From: Acanthaster planci
Taxonomy: Eukaryota
Assembly (NCBI RefSeq): GCF_001949145.1
Contig: NW_019091360.1
Coordinates: 4,150,693-4,214,012, forward strand
Reading direction: 5' to 3'
DNA length: 63,320 nt
In this document: positions 13,680 to 25,359 of the stretch, piece after piece
Numbering within the stretch: position 1 is the stretch's first letter
Layout: each line of letters starts with the position of its first letter
Position numbers and translations under genes: made by a program
Notes under the pieces: generated by a model
The model's database searches: none
Seen by the model: only the letters and a program-made list of their open reading frames with translations
Told to the model about the DNA's origin: nothing

Positions 13680-15617
13680 GGTGTTAGGAAAAATTGATAT
13701 CTGAATATGCTACATGTATGTTACATGAGTAAGACAATCCTCTTGACAAAGCGCATGATTACTAAGCAACAAAACGTAATCTGCCCTGAGTTGAAGTATA
13801 CCCCCAAGTGGTTAAAGAAAGACACTTAAAGTTTTTCAAGTGGGTTCTTGCATGCGTTCTGTGTGTACGCAAAGACCATGCATGAAGGAATAAATTTCTT
13901 ATGTGTACTCAGCGTGCTCCGCGTCAAACGCGCCATTGAGCCCATTATAAATGCGCGCCTATGCAGTGAGTACTAAAAAAACACGCCTTCTTTTGTTCCA
14001 CTCGGAGTGGATACAAGTACTAGCAGCTTCTCGACAACAAATTTTATAGTTTATTAACCTTTTGTAATAAACAGTTGCCAAAGCCTTGTAACCTGGGGAG
14101 AAAATGCTCTTTTTTTATTTGAATGCATGTAAGTACTATAAAAAGAAACATTTTGAGATTTATCTGGAGTTATTTCCTGTTGTCATATTAAAGCTATTTT
14201 TGTAAAGGAGAATGTAGATACATATTCCTTTGGGAAGTTCATTGGATGCAGATAAGTAATATTTTCTTTCTTGACCATTGCAGCATGATTTTTTATTTGG
14301 ACTGAGATAATGAAAGGAAGTATGGGCAAATGTCTTGTTTGAGCAATTACCTTGAGGTGAAGGCACCTGCAGTCCCTTCTGCCAATAGATACAATTTGGC
14401 ATAGATATGAGGCCTTATATTTCCCACATCCTTTCAAGGCAAGCCCTTGAAATTATTAGTTTCCCCATAAAAGTCTTGAAACTCAAGGAATCTTTAACCC
14501 AACACTTCTGAAATTCCCCAAAATGAAATACCTGTGTAACACATCAGAACAAATTTGACTCACATTTTCGGTAAAGACACCCACCAGTAAATGTTGAGTT
14601 GAATTGTTAAATACATAGCTACCTTTGAAGAATTTTTAAGATGATTTACATTTGACGACAGTACTACAAGTATGTACTATTTGAACATGATATGTACATG
14701 TACTGAGTGCAGAAGAAATCAGTCACTTTAAGAATTTTCTTAAATGAATTTCTGACCAACCCATGATAGTACTTTGTTTCAGACATATGTCATTGTTAAT
14801 TTCAGGCTCTAACATACATGTATGTTACTGAACTGGATTTTGTACTACCTCTTTTTTTACCCCTTAGTCTATAATGCAAAGGTCTGATATCAAGTGAACC
14901 AAATTTACATTTATAGTACTAAGTTAGTGAAGATCCTTGTTACAGGTAGTGTTCGGTCAGCATTGTTTTGAGAATTGTCACAAGTGATATACATGTATAC
15001 TTTAACTCATCCCAGTTCAATGTTTGAAATCACAGTACATCTTTTAGGGGGATATTGAATCGTAATGTTCATATTAACAGTTTGATTTTGCTTCTTAAAT
15101 GAATTGAGCCCGGGTGACCCCTTGAACCACTGAATTATATGTACATTCCAAAGTGTTAAAATACTGTTCACTGTTTGTTATCCTACCTATCAATATTATG
15201 TAGTACTGATTTAGTTTATTTGGCCCTGTAAGTACTGTCTGAGCTATTTGCCAAAGAGTGCCTACTATAGAAACCACCCATAATGCATGTTATACCTCGC
15301 AAAGGTTAATTTAATGGACATAAACATGAATTGAATGCTATTTTTATTACACCCTTCTTCCACTCTAAGGTACAACTTGCCAAGAAGGTATCTTTTTGCC
15401 TGTTTCATTTGTGTGCTGTAATGTTTGCACAAATTATGAATCACTACTTTTTGTTCTGCAGTTTTAAAATTTACCAACATTGGTTTGCGTATTCCACTGA
15501 TGCATTTCAGGATACTTGTACATTGTATTTGCATTTTGGTGAAGGAATGTAAAAACCAGTGAACAAAATGTCAGCTGACAATACTCTGTACAGTGTTATG
15601 TGTACATGTACAGTCTT

Positions 15618-15668
15618 ATTAAAGCACCAGTACATGTTTTGAATTACTGAAAAATGAAAGCTATTAAA
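15618..15668 (+). terminator. Candidate polyadenylation signals of the SLC4 gene (ATTAAA x2)
   Basis: ATTAAA at 15618 and 15663, at the end of a T-rich + strand stretch. An earlier AATAAA near 13889 is an alternative. Confidence 0.35.
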
Positions 15669-18295
15669 ACAAAAAAGGTGTATGAATTGTACATGTATTT
15701 AGATTTACAGTGTGAATTTATTCATTTTTATGTGCTACACCTGCTCCACAATACAGTGCAGACTGCCAAAACTACCAATTCAAATGGTAGATGAGACAAG
15801 AAGTCAGGAATACCAGGGGAGGAAGATGGGGGAGGTGGTGATTCAACAATTTGTAAAGATTACCTAGACAGGCATTTTGCCCACTTCAGGTCTTGGAAAA
15901 ATGTTGGAAAAGAGGACCCCAATTTCTCCTTAAATTGCCCTGGTACATGTACATGTATAAACCCATCCTTTCCCAAAGAACATTTAAAAGTTTCCTAGTG
16001 TTGGCAAAACCTTGATTTTTTTTCCACAAACTAATTTTAAGGAAGAAAAACATGGGGAAAAGAGGCCTATCCCCCGTCCTTTCTACAGCACATTAACTAT
16101 ACATGTAGATAGTGATGTATCATGACATGGCTCTGAGGGATAACATCCATACAACTTCTCTTACTGGATGAGGGACAATCGGGCAGGGATCAGGGGAACT
16201 TGAAGACAAATCCACCAACAATCTGCAATTGCATGTAATCTGCAATCTGCATCTACAGTGCTTGTACCACAGGGTTGTAATGGTAAAATAAAGTAATGAA
16301 AACTGCTGAGGTCTTTCAGTGCATAAAATAGCAGACTGGCAGGCATGTGTTCTCTGACAGATGTGAATCTTGCACTTCATTTTTTTATAAAAAAAAGGGA
16401 AAATTAAATGCAATGCATAAATTATTAAACGTCATAATCTGGAAATTTTTTGCAAACAAAAAAATAAGAACCTGAACTCAGAAATTACGTGAAATACCAC
16501 CCATGACATTTAAAATGGTTTATTTAAAGCAAATAACACACAAAAGAAATAAAACACTTTTATTGTTGACTTCAGTTAAAAACAATTATCCTCTTGGATC
16601 TTTTACTACCAATTTCATGCTGTTAATCTGTCGAATAGCTTAAAATATGGAACAAAAAGTGTGATGGAATGGTTTAAAACTGGTTCTAAAGGCTTAGGCC
16701 TGGGTGCATGGTTCTAGAACGACATTGTTACATGTCTTTTTATTTTCAGGGCCAGTTTCTTTTAATGAGCAGCTCTAAATCATCGAATCGTCTTTGTCAA
16801 ACAGACGGTTGTACGTGGGAGATATCATTGGCTGTGTTTCAAGGAATAGAAAATCCACACCTTTAAAGTACAGTTAAGTTGTATTCAGTGAATTTGTATT
16901 CAGTGCCGTTTTTTGCCATTTGTCTGATGTACAATGATACCAACGTAGCCAAAGTATTGGTGCAGAAATCGAGTGAAGAATTCATGTTAATGTTATTGTT
17001 ATCTTGACTCGCTGGAAGAAATACAATAGGCCTACTCAGCATGTTCAGCCTGTAGAAATACATGGCACATTCATATGGTATACAAATTACTCAGCTTTTC
17101 ATAAGTTTCGCGAGAAAATACAACCACTGGCACTGCAGAAGCACTGGACCAAAAAAGCGCTAGCACTCGTTACAAAATTACCTGGTGGGCAACCTGGTTA
17201 AAAACAGGGTCTTCACTGGCCAGGGTTTGACGAGCGAGATGGATGAGAGATCCATGGCGGCTGATGCGGCGCAGCACCAAATTTAGATTGCGAAGTACCA
17301 GAAAATGGGGATGTAATGTAGCACACTACGGGCCCATAAACTACACGTGAATAACGGCTAGAATTAAGCGATTTTAGAGCTCACCAGTCACAGCTTCCAA
17401 ATCTCTCGACTACCGCCCAACGTCAGGATGTGTACTGTTGTAGCTCTATGGTTGGAACCAAGGTATGGGTTGAACGTTGACGTAGATGCTGAGAGAATTC
17501 AGCGTACCAAGAAGGTTGCAAAATCCGGATTTCATTTGGTAGGCCGCGCCAACATAGTATATTGTATGTATGCTTTGTGTAATGCACGCGCACACGTTCT
17601 GAAACTTTAGGCGCGCACCTATTGGCGGAACCGGAATTCAACGTGCGCGCTAGGCGCGAGCGTCGAAAAATCCAGCAGACGACTTGCTTTTAGACTGGTT
17701 CCAAATCCATACAGTGTCGTTCGGACTTTTTTAGACTGGTTCACAGTCCGTAGATTGTCGTTCGGACTTTGGTATAGTGCAAGTCTTGGCAAAAGACATA
17801 GTGATCGACAACGCTGATTGCATTTGGTTCCTTTTTTCTTTCTTTCTCGCACTCTGTTTGCACTAACGTCTTGACAATCTTGTATCAATGAGGGCCAAGC
17901 CGTTTTATGTAAATTATGAACAAATGATTCCCATATGCAATCAAGCGCACTGGTTTAATTATTGCAGTCACACTACGCACGATCTGTTACCAAGCGCGAT
18001 GTTGCAAGACTATGAACGGGGGCGATTTTCTTTTCTTTTCCGTAGCACAATGGGGAAACTTGACTTGAATGAAATCTGTAATTGTGGCTCTCTCTCTCTC
18101 TTTCAAAGGGAACTCCGGTATTTCAACAGGAATCACCACGGCGTGGAGACTATAGTCTCAGAGGACCATTTTCCCATAGGAAAGTCGATCATGTATACGT
18201 GTAAACCTAGCCCTAGACTAGGGGCCAGTCTACCGGACTCCCTCCGTATCCGAATATTGACAAGAATATAAAATGAGTGCTCTGTAATATGTGAT

Positions 18296-18333
18296 TGCCA
18301 AGCTTTCGGTCACTGAGTACCTTCTTCAGGGCA
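18296..18333 (-). ncRNA. Minimal type I hammerhead ribozyme motif (Penelope-like-element type)
   Basis: Minus strand reads UGCC-CUGAAGA-A-GGU(ACUCAGUG)ACC-GAAA-GC-UU-GGCA. It has the core boxes, stem I UGCC/GGCA, stem II GGU/ACC and a palindromic AAGCUU in place of stem III. Confidence 0.6.
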
Positions 18334-18473
18334 TAGAGCAAGTGTGTCCTTGCTCTATGTTCAGGGCAAGTTCATTCAGTTAACTTGTGTCTTTTGCCAA
18401 GACTAGCACTACCGAAGTCCGAACGACAATCTACGGACTGTGAACCAGGCTAAAAACGTGAACTGAATCTGCT

Positions 18474-18511
18474 TGCACTGAAGAAGGTACTCAGTTTTCG
18501 AAAGCTCGGCA
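18474..18511 (+). ncRNA. Degenerate second copy of the minimal hammerhead motif
   Basis: UGCA-CUGAAGA-AGGUACUCAGUUUUC-GAAA-GC-UC-GGCA. The core is intact, but stem II and the innermost stem I pair are disrupted. Confidence 0.45.
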
Positions 18512-21500
18512 ATCACATATTCGAGAGCACTGGTTTTATATTATATTGTTGTCAATATTCTGATCACGGTGCTACGTAGCCCTTCCATATTTCCCTCTGT
18601 ATCCGGTTCGTAAGTGACTTATATTTGTCACAAAGGCGGACGCGCCACGATTGCAGGTTCCCATTGGACGATCGGTGAAGATCCACATGACTTGCAGCGT
18701 ATGTGTAGTGTGCGTGGTATAAATTGAAGTGACGTCACACTTCCGAACCGGTATAGACTGGCCCCCGGCCAGGGGCTACGTGTATACCCAGACAGGTGGG
18801 CAACCCTAAAAAAGTTTTTTGTTAAAAATGAGTGACAAAATATCGACAAAATACCTAAATTACTCCTGTTAAAGACAATTTTCAGTACATGAACAGAATA
18901 ATTTCAGCAAACCCCTAATCTCCTTAAGAATGAAACCTCATCCACTACTTGGGAATGAATCTTTTTAAACTTGACCAACTGATGCAAAACTAGAAATCTT
19001 AGTTTGAACCACGGGCAGGGGCCACGTATATACAGGCTGGTTTTTAAACATCTCTTTGAGTTTTATAGGTCATTTACCTTCTAACACAAACACAGATTTC
19101 TACCCTAGTTTTCATCAAATGCTGTAACACATTTGACTGAAAAAAAATTAACAAAACCCTCCACGTTTCTAGAATCAAATTCAAATATTTGTTTAGAATG
19201 ATAAATAAGCAAGACATATGAATTTTTTTATAAAACATCCCATAAAACTTTTGTGGCAGTAAAAAGTGAAACCAAAAAGGATTACAAACCAAAACAAAGA
19301 AACAGTCTTCTGACAAATACAATGTCTTAATTTCTCATGTTCCTCAGTGTATTGGAAGGATTTATTTCTAAATCTTTTTTTGCAACGGTGGTGTTTGATC
19401 TACAATTTAAATTATGATCCCACACACACAACTAACGCAACCTACCCAAGGTTATAAGGTTGCATTTATGGACATTTATGTACAGTTACATCTTGCGGCC
19501 AATAACAATACAGCTTGTAACAATTATCATCAATCACCCATACCAAAGAACCAATCAAAACTCCTCTCTCAACTTCCCTTCTTCTGACTGGTCAATGTCA
19601 TATGTCCATCCACTTGGAGTGCCTGAACAAACCAACCAATCGAAACAAAATGTTTAAATCAAAACATGTGTGACTCTTCAACTCGTTGCACAGGTCTTGT
19701 TCAAATAAAACCAATCAAAGGGACTGAGCCAAATTGAAGTTACCACAAACACTGGTACAAGAAATGTACAGCAGGTCCACACGGTGGAAATGAAAAATTT
19801 CAGTTAATTAAAAAAAAAGTTAGCATGTGCTGAATGAGCTCCAAGTTTACCAGCATTTTTCGTATTTCTCCTCTTTTAACTGCAAGAGAAAAATCATCCT
19901 TCTCATGTACATTTCCTGTATGTATTTACAATATTTTTTTCGAAACTTTCTTTGGACATAATTTCATGCCTACAACTTGACAGAATGACAGCAGAATATC
20001 CACTTCAACATCTTACTCATTTGGGGAAAATAAATGCATGTCAAATACAGGGTCTTGAACCCTTTACATTAAATAGAAATACACATCAATAACGGGTAGA
20101 GATGTATTTGCCAATCAAATCATGGCAGATGACGTAACTTTTTTTTTCTTATACGATTCAAGGTTTTAGTAAATCATTAAAATAATGGCATCTCATTGCT
20201 ATACTGATCAAAATACTTTTCCTTAAAATATCCTAGGGAAACAATGGTGGGTAGGTTGTTACTACAAGAGAGGTGAAGCTAAGAAAACTAAATGTACACA
20301 CAAATGCCAGAAGAGAAAGGATGTACAGCCCAACCAAAATTAACTCAGAGTATTTGCCAAAAATAAACTGATCCTATTGATTTCAAATGGTAATTATGAG
20401 CACAATTAATGACAAAATACATGCACAGGGGTTAAAAATGAAATACTTTTCAACAGAGATCATCCAAAGATAGGGAAAATATGTAAAAAGGTCTCCAACT
20501 TAATTTAAAAACAAAGATTTACATGTAGAACTGTCACCCTTTTTCAGCCTTGGCAGATGTGAAATACCAGCTACACATTTTCATCATTCTCTGTACCGAC
20601 CAAGCTTTTTTAAAAGCACCAAGGGTGAGTTTTTCTTACATGAAAGCCTTTGGGAATCGAAGGAGTTCATGTTCTGACAATTCAGTCAAATCTAGATGTA
20701 CTGCTCACACAAAAGTACATATGCTAAAAGCATAGCTTTCCTGACCAAGCACGTGAAACAATGCCGACTCACAAAAGCATCCTTTAAATACAGCTGGAAA
20801 AAACTTTGTTCGACTGGCTTGAAATGTTGCAGGTTTGTAATGCTTGGATAGTTTTAAGTTTAAGTTAAGTTCAAATAATATGCCATTGTGAGGGGACTCT
20901 TAGTTTCACACTAAACTCCACACTGAAGTACATTCACTAAAGTCATAGAGAGGTAGAAATGGAGAAACATGAATTAATAATCTGAACCAAACTGATGTCT
21001 TTGACTGTGTAGGTTCAAATTTATGAAGGCATGTTTGGATTTGATAGAGGAAGATGTATTTAAGTTTACAATAAGCAACAGACTATTTCCTGACAATTAT
21101 TTTCAACAAAGTGCACCTATTTAAATCGCTACAGGAGTGAGCACAGACTTCAGAAACAAATCCACCTTTTGCATATTGGGGACCACTTTTAAAAACCATC
21201 TCATTTACGTTCAATATTTGATTTTTTTTTTACATTACACACACACTGGAACAAATAAAAAGCAAACACAAATGCAGACATGAGACGGAAAGACTCCATC
21301 TTGCAGATCCATCTCTAAATAGTCAAGCGTGTAGCCTTCTCTCAAGGGATATGGATAGTCTGTAATAAAAAGCTAAAACTCATGTTAAAAAAATTCATAG
21401 TTCTTCTGAACAGGCCAGTTGGTGTACAAGAAAAAGAAGATATTACAAACAAGTGTAATGGACATGTTTCTAATTGGTATTTTTCATACACACTTCAATC

Positions 21501-22355
21501 TCAGGACTAAGGATCACTGACTTCATTTCAATGAACAAAAGTTTGGGTGATTTGACAGCACAGGAGGCAGAGCGATTTTCAAAGTGGGGGGGGGGTTGGG
21601 GGACGATTGTGAGACTATCAGGCATCAGCCATTTATCGGTCAATCTATTGAGCCCCACCAAAAGTGTATGGGGGATGCTCCCCCCCCCCTCAAAAGTGGG
21701 GGCCATTGGCCCCCCGCCCCCTTCAGCTGCCAGTGTTTCACAATCATTTTCACTGGACTGAGCCACACATGAAAGTACTGAGTGAGGAACATGGATACTG
21801 ACTGGCAATTTACATGATGAACAGCAAATTAATTCATGAGTCAGACATAACATTTCCTGTACTGAAGTGTGTAAAAAGGGATGAGACAAGAACCAGCACG
21901 TGAACCAACACACGCGAGTACTCCATTCAAGTGCACTACATTCCCTGGTTGAAAATGACATCACACTTCGGTACTCTATACAAGCACATCAACTTACAAA
22001 ATGTGCTAAAATGAAATTTCTACTGACACAAAACGTGTGTGTTCTTAATCTGACTGAAATCAGTTTCAGCAGTAGTCAGCATTTGAGCAAATTTTGGCAT
22101 CATTTGACATATGACTAACAGAACAAAACGGTACTTTCCAGCATATACCAGAAAATTGATATTCTTAACACTTAAGGAATACCTAGAGAAGCTCAATACT
22201 TGTGAGAGGGATAACAAATTCATAGAATCTATTGCAAAGATCTGCACTCCATCATACAGCCCAAAGTTGTTTCTGTTTGTTGTTGATACCAATGGGAGAC
22301 TGGTTGCCTAGGTAACTTGCTCACTGACACAAACATGCTACATTTAACAACTGCT

Positions 22356-22478
22356 GACTGCTGTGATGTGGGTTATGACATTTTGAAAACCCGAGAGATA
22401 CACAGTGCCCAGGGCAAATCTCGGGTGTCACATCCCTGAGGGTGTCAAAAATGTTTTATCCCACATCAGAGCAGTCAA
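22356..22478. repeat. Hairpin/MITE-like inverted repeat
   Basis: tgactgctgtgatgtggg / cccacatcagagcagtca, with weaker inner complementarity. Confidence 0.55.
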
Positions 22479-25359
22479 TGCTAGTTTAGTGTTACCTTTG
22501 TCTTGATGTTTTCATGTATATATTTTAGGAAAATTAAGAGCAAAAAAGGAATCTTAAAACAGTAGTTTGTGGTCCATGCATTATCCTGTACACTGCTACA
22601 TGTAGGGCACGTGTGTATATGAGGGTGATATCATACAACGCTGGCTGATGTGTGACATGCGCTTATATTACCCTGTCATGTAATCATTCTGGGCCAATGG
22701 CTGCTGGTCAAGAACACTTGTTACTGGATCATTCAAACTGTTTGACGCAAGAAATGGTAGCACGTTTGGATGACTTCTCACTCAATATTGATGTAATTGT
22801 GTATCCATTGTATCAAACAAACTAGGGCACATAATCCAACATTCAGCTTTTCAGTTGTTTCATTAAAGTAAAAAAGAAAGTGGAACACAAACTTTCCTTA
22901 TTCACAGCATTCCACACATTTCCATGTGAAGTTCTGACCTGGGGTAACAATAATCATTTAAAAAATCCCACCCATCCAATACACCTTGTAGTGAGGTTTA
23001 TTTTGTATTTAACAAGAAAACCCCACAAAAAATAAAATTATAATACGCTCAACTTACACTGTACAAAAAACAGCCTCTCCACAATAGAGGGCGCTATTTA
23101 CATTCTGTCCATTAAAACAAATATTCAATGATACTTTTTGTTTACTTATTTATAATATTCATCTTAATGTTTCGCTTTGCAAGGCAATGGGGGGGTACAA
23201 TGTTGGTGACTTATGACTGTTTTGAACATAACAGCACATTCCATACACACTTAATAATTGTTCAAGATTACTGTACACATTTAATTTAGCATTTATATTA
23301 GTGTTGGAGGAACTAACACAACCATTGATGAAGGATTGAAACCTATAAGCTTTGAATCACTACCCCTGCAATACACATTCAGCTAGAAAAGATACAAGTG
23401 TTAGAAATGTTGTCATTTTGTTGCAAGAAAAGTATGCCATATTGAGAATCAACAGGTCCCGCCCAACACAAAGCAGTTCCTTGACTTTTCAGTGGGAATA
23501 CATTGCATCCTGTTGATAGTTCATACAATGAAAGGCATGGTAAATAGCCACATTAACAAGTAATTCGGCAAAAATGTTCTAGCAAAAGTCTTGTTTGAAA
23601 TACTCCATGTCGGAGGTCCCTGAGTGGTTAGTTTCAAATCAAAGAAACCTTGGCCAAAACGGAATCCTAAACACAAGCTCACGCCTAGGCTGACACTTTG
23701 CAGTCAGATACATAGACGTATGTACAATGATTTGAAAAGCCAAATTTCATTGCTTCTTGTTGAAAACTGAGTGGATGCTGCTGCAAGAAAACCAAAAGAA
23801 CAAGAAATTTGTAATAAGGTGCTGATTAGTTTAATAGGTGACTGAAAGAAAGTCCATGAAAAGAAGGTAACCTTCCCGATGTTGTGGACTGTGTACCAGC
23901 ATTTTATTCCAACTGCCATGACAGCAGTCATACAGTGCAACACCAAACCTTAGTGTTTAAGTGCAGCTCACAAGTAAACATTTCAGTATTTTGTTCTCAT
24001 TCATACCACTCTTGACTAAATAATACGATAAATATAAAACATCAGAACGAAATTTACAAAATGATATTTGAAGTCATGACCATCATGCCCATATACATGC
24101 CCGTATGCAATCAAGTCAAATTATAAACTTAATGTATGTCCTAATATTCCACATTTTAATGTTTCCTTTTTTTTTCTAATTGAGTCTGGTAATTAAGCAT
24201 CCTGGTGTGCAATAAAATAGAAATTCTAACTTTCCTAACCTGATGCCAAAATACAAATGGTTACATGTTTTGACTTTTGGCCTATACATATCCTTGACTT
24301 TCAATTTCAAAATGGGTCAGGGAAGGGCATTAAAAATACTATTTATGACGCATCGTGCCTGCCACTGGGTGAACCCTAAAGAAAATTTGACAGGTGTGGA
24401 AATTTAAAGATAACTGCAAAAACTCCCTATGGTATTTATAATCCATTTTCAAATTCAATTTAAATTGTAAGTTGAAAGCACTGCGTGCTGTGCACAAAAG
24501 GAACAATGACGCTATGGTTCCCTTCTTTACGAATTTAAAAACAAAACATAAAAACAACGTAATCCAGTGTGCTCATGCTTGGGCCATGAGCAGTGCTAAA
24601 ATTGTCCAAGACAGGCAGTGTGCCATTACAAATGATTGTATTCGATTTGTTTGTTTGTTCAGCTATTTTGTACAAGTGGACAATACTGTACTAGGGTGGA
24701 CGACATAATAGGTCACACTTGGTGACGGGGGGGAGTGAGATGGGAGATAGAAAAAACTGCAGAGGGTAGACTCAGAGAAGTTGTCATCAAGCGTAATCAT
24801 TCAAATGTACAAGATTTCAAAATATTTCCTAATATTGGTAAACAAGCTAAGGTTTTCAAAATCAGGATTTTTGGACTGGGGCAATTTGACAAGACTTTTG
24901 TGCTATGAGTTGTCAAATACAGCGCCAGCGCCCAAGGTACATATTACCAATCTGAAAAACATACACAGAAACTGTGCATCTGAAGTGCATGCTGTCATTA
25001 AATCCAATCTTACTCCAAAATTACAAGCAACAAACATAATGTGACTGATACAAAATGCAATACTTAAAAAAAAGGAAAAGAAAAGCAGGGAAATTAATGT
25101 TACATTTATCTGTGGGAAACTTTGTTTTCTCCATATACAGATTACATATTACACCTAGCATAAATGGACTTTAACTTTTAAGAATACCTTAAAAAAAATT
25201 TAAAATTTCCTAAATCAATTTTGTATACAAATGGTACACCATTTGCAACTAATTGCCTTTTGCATGGTTCAACCACTTATTATCCTCCGTGAGAGGTGCT
25301 TGAGCATCTAATCAGGATGGGGATCCTGTGTGGACCGCATTGGACTGGTCTAGACTGGA

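Larger units (their letters stand above)
18208..18778. mobile_element. Composite palindromic element. Outer TIR-like ends enclose inverted Penelope-like (pLTR) fragments
   Basis: Outer inverted repeat tagccctagactaggggccagtctaccgg / ccggtatagactggcccccggccaggggcta. Inner inverted repeat 18253-18333 / 18472-18559. Confidence 0.65.
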
